A stretch of DNA of 64,000 nucleotides from Felis catus (Eukaryota), in assembly GCF_018350175.1 (NCBI RefSeq), contig NC_058368.1, positions 146,384,001 to 146,448,000 on the forward strand, written 5' to 3'. The notes below the pieces were generated by a model. The model ran no database searches, was not told the DNA's origin, and saw only the letters and a program-made list of their open reading frames with translations. The position numbers and the translations under genes were made by a program. Below, piece by piece: positions 26,953-38,449 of the stretch (position 1 is its first letter; each line of letters begins with the position of its first letter).

Positions 26953-27443
26953 TTAAAATACTTTAAAAATTGAAATTTGGACTTATTAGTCATTCATTTA
27001 TGAATTATAGTGCAGTAGCCTTTTATATATATGTTATATATTAATGTAAAATTATATATTTATTAATATATATTTAATTCAACCTTCCTTAACTGTATTT
27101 TCTAGGCAAATATAATTTTACCAGGAGTTAAAAACTTTTATTTTTAAATAGTTCTGCCACTTGCCTACTATTCCACTTAACAAATGTGTGTCCACCAGTA
27201 ATGAAAGGAATCAAGCCTGACAAGAGTTAATACCAGTAGGAAAAACTTATAAACAAGTGTGAGTAACTTTAAGGTGTGAGGCTGTTGACAAAGAAATGGT
27301 AAGCACTACTTAGGTAGCCAAGCAAGTAAGGTGATATCTTCATCCATGAAAGAAAACAATGAAAAATTAATTGGGAACCATAGAGAAATCTGCCTAGGGA
27401 AGCATTAGAGGAACTGATAACATCTTCCACAGAAGATTAAAAT

Positions 27444-27585
27444 GAGGGCATCTTTTGGGATGAGCACTGGGTGTTGTATGGAAACTAATTTGCAATAAAT
27501 TTTCATATATTGAAAAAATAAATAAAATAAAATAAAATAAAATAAAATAAAATAAAATAAAATAAAATAAAATAAAATAAAATAA
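27444..27585 (+). mobile_element. Very short L1 (L1_Fc type) 3' end with a (TAAAA)n tail
   Basis: 'gagggcatcttttgggatgagcactgggtgttgtatggaaac..caataaattttcatat' matches the reverse complement of the L1 end at 32055-32125. Confidence 0.9.
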
Positions 27586-27879
27586 TGACTTTAAACCAGG
27601 AGAGCTAGCAAGTCAAATGTTTCCATATTGATGATGTGTTTAGGTTATTGAAGGCCTTGAGTAATTTTTTTTTCAAAATACAATGTCTCTACAAAACTGC
27701 ACACCATGGTAGTTATGAAATATTTATGGACAAATATACAGAATTATACACACTACATATGACTGTATTTAATGGAACTTAAGGAATCTTTAAGGGTAGC
27801 TTTGATTAATTGTGATTGTTTGCCACGTGCACTGACTGTACAATAAGATTCAACCCCACTGTGTATATGGCTACCTAGG

Positions 27880-28560
27880 AGACACAAAACAGTTTTTCCA
27901 GACTTCATTTTTCTAAGTCTGTGACCTTCCCACTCTATACTACAGTGATAAGAGTAGTAAAAGATACTATGGGAACCCAGAGGAGGGACATTTAACCGAG
28001 ACGTCTGAGGCTTCCTAACATAGTATCTTTTCTGAGATAATAAGGATGGGTGAGAGCCAGTTGAACGATAGATGGAAAACACTATATCTTAAGAAAATTG
28101 TATGTGCAAAATCCAAGGAGGGAGTGAGTGAGTGAGTGAGTGAGAGAGAGAGAGAGAAAGAGAGAGAGAATGATTGATAGATGCATCAGGCAAAATTCAG
28201 TAAGACTGTAAAAGTTAGTTGAACCAAGAGAAGAAAGAGATATTAAGTGCATTAGAGAGTTTTACCTTTGCTTTCAAGGCATTGAAAAAGGACAAGACTT
28301 GATTAGATTTGCAGTTTTAGAAAAATTCCCCTCAATGTTTTCTAGGGAATGAATTGTAACCATTTGGCTATTTATAAGATATAACAATAATCTAGGGAAA
28401 GGATTGTGGAATACTCCGGATGCAGAGAATTATTGGACAACTTTAAGAACCTTTTACAAGGTGCTGATAGGATGTGCAAGATGAAGTTTTGGAAGGCATC
28501 AAGTAGGATTCCCAGTTTGGTTTTTGGCAAGTTATGGGATAGTGGCATTTTACAGGCTTT
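27880..28560 (-). mobile_element. L2 fragment containing a (GAGT)n(GA)n repeat
   Basis: GA-rich L2-type phrases; boundaries approximate. Confidence 0.55.
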
Positions 28561-28823
28561 GCCAACAGTGATTGCTAAACAAGATTCATAAATAGATCTA
28601 ATGGAAACTGTATATTCATAATAAACTGTAATAAATTCCCACTGTTACTTTTGTCAAATCAATGCTTAAAATTATTTTGATGTTGTTTGTCTAATTTTGA
28701 GTATTAAGGCAAAAGGATATACAATAATTTGTTTTAGAATAAAAACATTACAGAGTTTTTATTGGAAAATAAAAAATCTACAAACAAAAATTCCTTAAGT
28801 TGCCCATTAAAAACAAAAGTTTA

Positions 28824-29047
28824 GGGTGCCTGGGTGGCTCAGTTGGCTAAGTGTCCAACTTGAGCTCAGGTCATGATCTTGCAGTCCATGAGTTCAAGCC
28901 CTCTGTCTGGCTCTGTGCTGACAGCTCAGAGCCGGGAGCCTGCCTTAGATTGTGTGTCTCCCTCTTTCTCTCTGCCCCTTTCCCACTCACACTGTGTCTC
29001 TCTGTCTCTCAAAATTAAATAACATGTTTAAAACAATTAAAAACAAA
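28824..29047 (+). mobile_element. Can-SINE
   Basis: Perfect TSD taaaaacaaaagttta at 28808-28823 and 29048-29063. Confidence 0.95.
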
Positions 29048-29269
29048 TAAAAACAAAAGTTTAATGTAAAGAAAAGCATGTGGATGTTTGGAAATAAAGT
29101 TTCTGAAGAAAAACTTTCTTGTTTGCGCAAGACATGTAACCCAATATGCACCTTAAAGTGCCTAAAAATGGCCTTAGAGTACATTTAGTTTTTCTTATCA
29201 AATTCAGATAATATAAGATAATAAGTTTTAAAAAGCATGATGAATTATAGAATCAGGGCTTTGCTTTGC

Positions 29270-29800
29270 CTTTTTTTCCTCTTTTTGTATAGTTGACACA
29301 CAATGTTACATTAGTTTCAGGTGTACAACACAGTGATTTGACAAGTTCATACCTTATGCTGTGTTCACCACAAGTGCAGCTACTATCTGCCCTATTACAT
29401 CGCTATTATAATATCATTGTGTTCCTTATGCTGTGCTTTTTATTCTTGTGACTTAACAGATACATCATTTGCAAATATCTTCTTCCATTCTGTAGGTTGT
29501 CTTTTTGTTTTATTGATAGTTTCTTTTCAAATGCAAAAGCTTTTTTTTATTTTTTAATTTAATCCAAATAGTCCATTTTTGCTTATGTTTCCCTTGCCTT
29601 AGAAGAAGTATCCAGAAAAATGTTGCTGTGGCCAGTGGCAGAGAAATTACTGCCTACATTCTCCTTTAGGATTTTTGTGGTTTCAGATCTCACATCTAGG
29701 TCTTTAATCTAATGTAAGCTTATTTTTATGTATAGTGTTAAAAGTTGTCCAGTTTCATTCTTTTACATGTAGCTCTCCTGTTCTCCCAGAACCATGTATT
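29270..29800 (-). mobile_element. Carnivore L1 (L1_Carn type) 3' fragment with an internal deletion
   Basis: 3' UTR 'tagttgacacacaatgttacattagtttcaggtgtacaaca' is joined at about 29455 directly to ORF2 sequence homologous to 32970-33305. Confidence 0.85.
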
Positions 29801-30487
29801 TTAGGGCATTTTTTATACCACAGGTAACTGTTTGGTCTTACTTCTCCAAACCTAGTTTTACATATTAAAACAAAAACCTTTACAGAATTACTTATAGCCA
29901 TTTTGTCAGTGATTAACTGTAAGGTTTAGGATCCTTCTGAAGTATTTTATTAACTCAGTATAAACATTATCTTAGTTATTTGACTATTTAGCAGATAATT
30001 TTTTTTTTAATCCTTAGTAAAAGTATTGCTTTAATCACATTTGGTTTGAAGGCTAGTTGGGACATGTATAGCATTGCAGATCTTTTTGAAAATCTTTGCA
30101 CAGTTTTCAAGGGAAGCCTCTGAAATTTAGCCTCATATTTGCCTCTTTACAGAACCACTATGAGATCGCTAAATTATATCACAAAGGCATTAATCTTATT
30201 ACGCAGGGGTTTAAAGAAGTGCACATAAAATAGACTACTTTTTCTTAATGTATCAAAATTATTCTAAAATTTTCAAAGTTTAAACAGATACTGGCAAAAT
30301 AAAGTGGAAAAGTACATCATGTCATGTAACCTCAGTCAAGTCCTCCCTGCTAAAAAAGAAAAGGTCTGTGACTTAAAAGTCACAAAGAAAGTGTCTGTCA
30401 CCTAAAAGAGAAGGTCTTCAGGTGACATAAGATGATTCTTATCTACCTAGTTTACCATATAATTATGCAGCTCTTCACTTTTGCCAC

Positions 30488-30538
30488 ATTTTATTTTTTA
30501 TTTTGACAGAAAGAAAGTACGCGTGCAAGCGGGAGAGG

Positions 30539-30576
<38 letters not shown>

Positions 30577-30591
30577 CACCCAAGGGCCCCA
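30488..30591 (-). mobile_element. Can-SINE with the core deleted (both ends and TSD retained)
   Basis: Tail and (GA)n joined to gagccacccaagggcccc; TSD acttttgccac at 30477-30487 and 30592-30602. Confidence 0.88.
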
Positions 30592-30699
30592 ACTTTTGCC
30601 ACTTTAATCCTATTCTGATTTTGACTTGCTAGTTAAACTAGTGATCTTGTCCTCCTTCTAACCAAGTTACCCAGAGTCTGCTAATACATTATTTAAAAC

Positions 30700-30922
30700 A
30701 GGGGCACCTGGCTTGCTCAGTTGGTTAAGCATGCAACTCATGCTTTCAGCTCAGGTCATGATCTTATGGTTCATGAGATAGAGCCCTACATAGGGCTGTG
30801 CACTGGCTGCATGCAGCCTGCTTGGGATTCTCTCATACTCTCTGCCCCTTCCCTGCTCTTGCTTTCTCTCTGTCTGAAAATAAAATAAAAAATAAAAAAT
30901 AAAAAAAAAAAACATTTTAAAA
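30700..30922 (+). mobile_element. Can-SINE
   Basis: Perfect 17-bp TSD aatacattatttaaaac at 30683-30699 and 30923-30939. Confidence 0.95.
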
Positions 30923-31405
30923 AATACATTATTTAAAACGAAACTGAAAGATTTCATATATCATTTCTTTAAAACGGGTTTATGTTTCATTTTGTATCCA
31001 AAGTTTTCATTCATATTACCTCAGTGAAATCCTAAGCTCTGTAAAAAATCTAGGTTTTATTAAAAGTTGACCAAAATTTTAAAAAATGAAAATTTTAAAA
31101 ACCTTTCAATCTCTATGAATAAAATGTTAAAAATTGCCTTACATTGACAGCAAACCATACCTGTCTCATGTACAACAATGAAAGCTTTATGTTCAGTCCA
31201 AACATTTCATGACACAGGTCACAGGCAGAGGCCACTTTACAAAGCTGTTGAAAGCTTAAAAATTGTAGTTTTGTTTTCAGAAAACTCATTAACCATTAGA
31301 ACTGCTTTCCAGTGTTTGTTATTTTTAACTACCAAATGATATAAATTGAAAGCTAATGTTGCTGTTTCATAAACTGCTTTTCCTCACTGATATTTTCCTT
31401 TTCTT

Positions 31406-31632
31406 TCTTTTTTTTTTTTAATTTTGTTAACATTTATTTATTTTTGAGACAGAGAGACAGAGCATGAACAGGGGAGGGTCAGAGAGAGAGAGGGAGACAC
31501 AGAATCTGAAACAGGCTCCTGGCTCTGAGCTGTCAGCACAGAGCCCGACACGGGGCTTGAACTCACGAACCGCGAGATCATGACCTGAGCCAAACTCGGA
31601 CACTTAACTGACTGAGCCACCGAGGCGCCCCA
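31406..31632 (-). mobile_element. Can-SINE (SINEC_Fc type)
   Basis: Perfect 16-bp TSD atattttccttttctt at 31390-31405 and 31633-31648. Confidence 0.96.
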
Positions 31633-32048
31633 ATATTTTCCTTTTCTTAATGTTAACTAGACTAGCCGCAGCTCACATAGCTAAACAGTAGTATAGTATT
31701 TTACGTGGATACAAAATAATTTTTAAGAAGTTATTTGTTTACTTTGTTAGTGTTTAAGCATTTATATCAGTTAATCAACGAATATTCATTGAGGGATTAC
31801 TGTGTGTTTAGAACCCAGCTAGTCTGTCTTATAACAACAGTGAATAAGATAAACACAACCCCTGCCTTCATAGAGCTTACAAATATTAGATAAATGTTTA
31901 TAGCATGATGAAATCTAAGAGTGTTGTGGCACCATACAAAGGACTGTCCAAAAGATGATGGTATAACTTCAGTTAAGAAATGCTGTTTGAGTTGACCCTT
32001 ACAGATGCTTAAAACTTAATTTTTATTTAAAAAAAATTTTTAACGTTT

Positions 32049-34643
32049 TCTTTTTTAATATGAAATTTATTGTAAGATTGGTTTCCATGCAACACCCAGT
32101 GTTCATCCCAACAGGTGCCCTCTTCAATACCCATCACCCACTCTCCCCTCTTTCCCACCCCCCCCCCCATCAACCCTCAGTTTGTTCTCAGTTTTTAAGA
32201 GTCTCTTATGGTTTGGCTCCCTCCCTCTCTCTTTTTTTTTCTTTCTTCCCCTCCCCCATGGTCTTTTGTTAAGTTTCTCACCATCCACATAATAATGAAA
32301 ACATATGGTATCTGTCTTTCTCTGTATGACTTATTTCACTTAGCATAACACTCTCCGGTTCCATCCACGTTGCTACAAAAGCCATATTTCATTCTTTCTC
32401 GTTGCCACATAGTATTCGATTGTGTATATAAACCACAATTTCTTTATCCATTCATCAGTTGATGGACAGTTAGGCTCTTTCCATAATTTGGCTATTGTTG
32501 AGAGTGCTGCTGTAAACATTGGGGTACAAGTGCTCCTATGCATCAGTACTCCTGTATCCCTTGGGTAAATTTCTAGCAGTGCTATTGCTGGGTCATAGGG
32601 TAGATCTATTTTTAATTTTTTGAAGAACCTCCACACTGTTTTCCAGAGTGGCTGCACCAGTTTGCATTCCCACCAGCAGTGCAAGAGGGTTCCCATTTCT
32701 CCGCATCCTCTGCAGCATCTATAGTCTCCTGATTTGTTCATTTTAGTCACTCTGACTGGAGTGACGTGGTATCTGAGTTTGGTTTTGATTTATATTTCCC
32801 TGATAAAGAGCGACATTGAGCATCTTTTCACGCCCCTGTTGGCCATCTGCATGTCTTCTTTAGAGAAGTGTCTATTCGTGTTTTCTGCCCATTTCTTCAC
32901 TGGATTATTTGTTTTTTTGGGTGTGGAGTTTGGTGAGTTCTGTATAGATTTTGGATACTAGCCCTTTGTGCAATATGTCATTTGCAAATATCTTTTCCCA
33001 TTCCGTTGGTTGCCTTTTAGTTTTGTTGATTGTTTCCTTTGCAGTGCAGAAGCTTTTTATCTTCATGAGGTCCCAATAGTTTATTTTTGCTTTTAATTCC
33101 CTTGCCTTTGGAGATGTGTCAAGTAAGAAATTGCTGCGGCTGAGGTCAGAGAGGTGTTTTCCAGTTTTCTCCTCTAGGGTTTTGATGGTTTCCTGTCTCA
33201 CATTCAGGTCCTTTATCCATTTTGAGTTTATTTTTGTGAATGGTGTAAGAAAGTGGTCTAGTTTCCTTCTTCTGAATGTTGCTGTCCAGTTCTCCCAGCA
33301 CCATTTGTTGAAGAGACTGTCTTTCTTCCATTGGATATTCTTTCCTGCTTTGTCAAACATTAGTTGGCCATACTTTTGTGGGTCCAATTCTGGAGTCTCT
33401 ATTCTATTCCATTGGTGTATGTGTCTGTTTTTGTGCCAATACCATGCTGTCTTGATGATTACAGCTTTGTAGTAGAGGCTAAAGTCTGGGATTGTGATGC
33501 CTTCTGCTTTGGTTTTCTCCTTCAATATTACTTTGGCTATTTGGGGTCTTTTGTGGTTCCACACAAATTTTAGGATTGCTTGTTTTAGCTTCAAGAAGAA
33601 GGCTGGTGCAATTTTGATTGGGATTGCATTGAAGGTGTAGATTGCTTTGGGTAGTATTGACATTTTAACAATATTTATTCCTCCAATCCATGAGCACGGA
33701 ATGTGTTTCCATTTGTTTATATTTTCAATTTCCTTCATAAGCTTTCTATAGTTTTCAGCATACCAATCTTTTACATCTTTGGTTAGGTTTATTCCTAGGT
33801 ATTTTATGATTCTTGGTGCAATTGTGAATGGGATTAGTTTCTTTATTTGTCTTTCTGTTGCTTCATTATTAGTATATAAGAATGCAACTGATTTCTGTAC
33901 ATTAATTTTGTATCCTGCAATTTTGCTGAATTCATGTATCAGTTCTGGCAGACTTTTGGTGGAGTCTATCGGGTTTTCCATGTATAATATGATATCTGCA
34001 AAAAGTGAAAGCTTGACTTCATCTTTGCCAATTTTGATGCCTTTGATTTCCTTTTGTTGTCTGATTGCTGATGCTAGCACTTCCAACACTATGTTAAACA
34101 ACAGCAGTGAGAGTGGACATCCCTGTCATGTTCCTGATCTCAGGGGGAAAGCTCTCAGTTTTTCCCCATTGAGGATGATATTAGCTGTGGGCTTTTCATA
34201 AATGGCTTTTATAATGTTTAAGTATGTTCCTTCTGTCCCGACTTTCTTGAGGGTTTTTATTAAGAAAGGATGCTGAATTTTGTCAAATGCTTTTTCTGCA
34301 TCGATTGACAGGATCATATGGTTCTTTTTTTCTTTTATTAATGTGATGTATCACATTGATTGATTTGCGAATGTTGAACCAACCCTGCAGCCCAGGAATG
34401 AATCCCACTTGATCATGGTGAATAATTCTTTTTATATGCTGTTGAATTCGATTTGCTAGTATCTTTTTGAGAATTTTTACATCCATATTCATCAGGGATA
34501 TTGGCCTGTAGTTCTCTTTTTCTGCTGGGTCTCTGGTTTAGGAATCAAATAATGCTGGCTTCATAGAATGAGTCTGGAAGTTTTCCTTCCCTTTCTATTT
34601 TTTGGAAAAGCTTGAGAAGGATAGGTATTGTCTCTGCTTTAAA
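32049..34643 (-). mobile_element. 5'-truncated felid L1 (L1_Fc type), about 2.6 kb: partial ORF2 plus 3' UTR
   Basis: ORF track gives ORF2 RT and C-terminal peptides ([49 protein letters not shown]); 3' UTR and A tail at about 32049; TSD ttaac(g/a)ttt at 32040-32048 and 34644-34652. Confidence 0.96.
32905..34101 (-). pseudogene. L1 ORF2p fragment (398 aa), RT catalytic motif broken (FADII instead of FADDMI)
   Basis: ORF track translation; flanking ORF2 pieces are in other frames (frameshifts). Confidence 0.9.
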
Positions 34644-34852
34644 TTAACATTTATTTATTTTTGGGGGAGAGAGGGTGAGAGAGCCAGCTCAAGTGGGGGA
34701 AGGGCAGAGAAAGAGGGAGGCCCAGAATCAGAAGCAGGCTCCAGGCTCTGACCTGTCAGCACAGAGACTGATGTGGGGCTCAAACCCATGAACCGGGAGG
34801 TCATGACCTTAGGTGAAGTTGGACTCAACCAGCTGAGCCACCCAGGCACCCC
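34644..34852 (-). mobile_element. Can-SINE body; its distal tail is displaced to 32024..32048 by the nested L1
   Basis: SINE TSD aaaacttaatttt at 32011-32023 and 34853-34865 brackets the whole L1. Confidence 0.92.
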
Positions 34853-36652
34853 AAAACTTAATTTTAAAACCTAATCTTTTCTTGTCAGTTTACTCAAAGT
34901 GAGCTAGCCTTTTAAATTTTCTCTTTTGGGAAGTCTACCTCAGAGCCATCTGGTACTGATGATTATGCTTTCAAAAGAAATATTCATATAAGAAGAAAAG
35001 TAATGTGAGAAATCAAGTTATAATTAGTGCTTAATAATGAAAAGAAAAATCTTCACAGATTAATTTGGAAAAAATAGTAAAAGGTTGGAAAGATGCACCT
35101 TAGAACTTTTAAAGTAGTTCCTTTATAATTGCTTATGTGAATTATGGTTTTCTTGCAAATAGTAGTGTTCTTCCTCTCTACCTAACTGTAATCTTTTTGA
35201 ATACCTGGTAGTGGTATCTTCTGGATAGTCCTTGACACATAGAAAACACTTAATAAATATGTGTTGAATAAAGTAAAGGAATGACTGAATCTTTACGATT
35301 TAAAGAAATGAGTTCATTCAGTTTTTTAAACAATCGCATTGTTTTGTAGGTGCAGAACAATACTTAATATATTCAAATTATCATTTTTTTTTTTTTTTTT
35401 GCTGTGAATACTTCTGGAGTCTGTACTTTATCTTTAGTAGCCCACCCTGCCTCTGACATTGAGAGTATTGGATTTCCAAAGATGACCTCTTCCATTACCC
35501 CAATGTCAGTAGGTATTTGTCATTAAGTCTCACTTCCAGCTGTGCCGGCTAAAAGAGGAGGCTGGTTTTTGGAAAAGTATTTATATGTGGACACACACAC
35601 AGACACACACACACTCTTTTAAGTGTTTAGTGTGATGTTAATTATCAGTTTACTTGGTGATTATTGATTAGTAAGTTAAACCATTGACCTTTTGTGTAAG
35701 GTGGTCATCATTTATTCAGATTAGATTGTGAAAACTGGGTAGCAACTGATTACAGATTTGAAAAAGGACTCTTTGATGAATGGTGAGGGAAAATAATGTT
35801 TGCTTCTTTGGTCAGATTAGAAATTTACTACCTCAAGATAGGCCACTTTAAGATACTGGTCATTGAAGAATGGTGTGACCTACCTTATCTCAGCTTCTTT
35901 TTTACTTATCTTTATACCTGTCAGTAAGAGAAACTACAGAAACATGAAGTAGCCCAAGTCACTGGTTGGTTGTTTTCCCTAGTGAAAGAAATAGTGTTTT
36001 TTGAAGTTTCAGATTTATATAGGGTAGTATCTTAAGGTTTGGATTTTGGGGTTTCCTCTCAATATTTTATGTGTTTTGAAATAAAACAAAATGACTTATT
36101 GAATGTAAACACAATAAATATTTGTGAAATGAGTAAATGAATAAAATAGTGAAAGCAGCCACAGCAGACTGGCTACCGTATATTTATAACAGATAATAGT
36201 TCTATGACAATTGGGTAATTTTGAATTTGGAAAACCATAAATTCATCTTACTTTGGTTTTTTTTCTTTTATGTCTCTCTTAAGCTATGGATGATAGCCTA
36301 AAAGTTCCTCAGAGTCATCTAAATTAATCTCAACTTGATCTTTTATAAGGACATACAAATTTTGTTTAAAATATTTAAATACTGGTATTTATAAACTAAA
36401 AATTTATAAAAATTTATAAAACATTTTATCTCATTTAATCATGTCAGAAATCATGTTTAAAATATGCTTCTCATCTTAGGAATTTAAATTCTGTAATATG
36501 GTCAAAGTAAATGGCAGAAGTAGAGACCCAGACCCAGATCTTCTGATTCTACTTTTCCCTACACCTCATCTAGAGGGCCGTAAATGAGTAAGTTTTGATT
36601 TAAAAATAAAATATACAGGGTTCAAGTCTTCACATTTCTCATTATAACAGTA

Positions 36653-36719
36653 TTTTTTTTTTTTTTACTTCTTAAAATTTACATCCAAATTAGCATACAG
36701 TGAAACAATGATTTCAGGA
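36653..36719 (-). mobile_element. Ultra-short carnivore L1 3' end insertion (about 67 bp)
   Basis: T tail plus 'aatttacatccaaattagcatacagtgaaacaatgatttcagga'; TSD tcattataaca(g/c)ta at 36639-36652 and 36720-36733. Confidence 0.8.
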
Positions 36720-37824
36720 TCATTATAACACTAGTGGGTAATACATTAGGGATATAGCAAAGTGTAAGGCATGGCCGTTGGCTGGAGGGTGTTCATGATC
36801 TAACTGGAGAAACAAGAGGTATCCACAAAAAGAGTTAACAGTATATGACAGTGTGTGTGTAGTGAAGTGTGTGTGAAACTTACAGAGAAAGGAGAGATTG
36901 CTGTGGATTGGAGCTACTAGCGTGACCGAAGTGGCTGAATTGGGCTGTGTTGGAAGAGAGTACACAGTTGAGCGGGTAGTTTACCAGGTAAATTTATGAG
37001 ATTTATGCAGATGGCTGGCAGTTTAGCCAACAGTGTCCTTTCGTCTGGACATTGAGACATGGAGAGTACCCAGGGAAGCCAACACTGCCTCTCATGTCTG
37101 AACTACTCCTGCCAAACTCCTGCAGTTCTTCTGTCAGACGAGAAGAAGTGTGGCTTTCTCTGGAGCCACCTTTCACAATAACAAGGCTTGTGTAAAGATT
37201 CTCCATTTTCTGGATTCAGTGAACCTAATGGGAACTTGAAATTCATCCCACAGCTCTGCCCATCAGTGTTTCAGCTGTAGTAAGTTCATTGGCAATAGTT
37301 TTTTTTTTCTTTTCTTTTCTTTTATTTTCTCTTTGAAACAAAATCCTGGAAATGGTGAAAAGACAAATTGTCATGATAGAGGCTGATGATAATAGTAGAA
37401 GCTGAGAATTCTGGAGGTGAAATCTCAGGGGAAAAAAAACATTCAACATTAAATTCATACTTCTCTGCCTAGATTTGAAAGGTAGCAAATTTATTTAGCA
37501 TATTTATTTAGGATCTCCTTTTTCCCTCCCCTCCTTCCTTGCTGTCCTTACTTATCTAGTCATTTTCTGCATCTTTCATGGACACTACTCCAACCAGACC
37601 ACATTTCTTCTCGTTATCTTTGAACAGTTGCCATTTTTGTCCATCTCTCTTCAAGTTATTTTTCATATGTAAAATAAGTGTATACAATCTGGTAAAGTTA
37701 GTAAGAATTGATTTTTTCCTTAAAAATGGGATGCAGTACTTGAAAGTGAAAACTTCAGTTGTTGCCCTTAAAAATATGTAAGGTTATGAATAATACAGAC
37801 TTGGAAGTCCCATATTTGACTTCA

Positions 37825-37826
<2 letters not shown>

Positions 37827-37858
<32 letters not shown>
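37827..37858. repeat. (TG)16 microsatellite
   Basis: Read directly. Confidence 0.95.
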
Positions 37859-37862
<4 letters not shown>

Positions 37863-37867
37863 CACCA

Positions 37868-38082
37868 GGGGCGCCTTGGGTGGCTCAGTCAGTTAAGCAT
37901 CCGACTTCTGCTCAGATTATGATATTGTAGTCTCTGAGTTCAAGCCCCGCATCAGGCTCTGTGCCAGCTCAGAGCCTGGAGCCTGCTTCAGATTGTGTCT
38001 CCCTCTGTCTCTGCCCCTCCCCCACTTGCACTCTGTCTCTCTCTCTCTCTCTTCTTAAAAAATAAATAAACATTAAAAAAAA
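37868..38082 (+). mobile_element. Can-SINE
   Basis: ggggcgccttgggtggctcag head through to the A tail; no clear TSD. Confidence 0.93.
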
Positions 38083-38217
38083 TTTAACACTTAGGTACCA
38101 GGTGTGGAACTTGTGCCTCTTCTTTCTGGTTTCTGGCATTGATGGAGAGGAAAGAATAGAATGGAACATTTTCCCTTTCATTAAAGACTATGTAAATATT
38201 ACCAGAACTTTATTTTA

Positions 38218-38449
38218 TTTTACTATTTTTTATTTTATTTATTTCTTATTTATTTTTTTATATGTGAGAGAGACAGAGAGACAGAGCACAAGCAGGGGAG
38301 AGGCAGAGAGATGGAGACAGAATCTGAAGCAGGCTCCAGGCTCTGAGCAGTCAGCACAGGGCCCGACGCGAGGCTTGAACCCATCAACCGTGAAATCATG
38401 ACCTGAGCCAAAGTCGGACACTTAACCGACCGAGCCACCCAGGTGCCCC
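38218..38449 (-). mobile_element. Can-SINE
   Basis: TSD acca(g/a)aactttatttta at 38201-38217 and 38451-38467. Confidence 0.95.

Noticed and set aside
33116..34201. Plus-strand ORFs of 118 and 140 aa
   Set aside because: Antisense frames of L1 ORF2.
36900..37300. GC-richer unique-looking segment as a hidden exon or processed pseudogene
   Set aside because: Only short ORFs with no recognisable protein, no poly(A) or TSD, and it adjoins an L2-like fragment.
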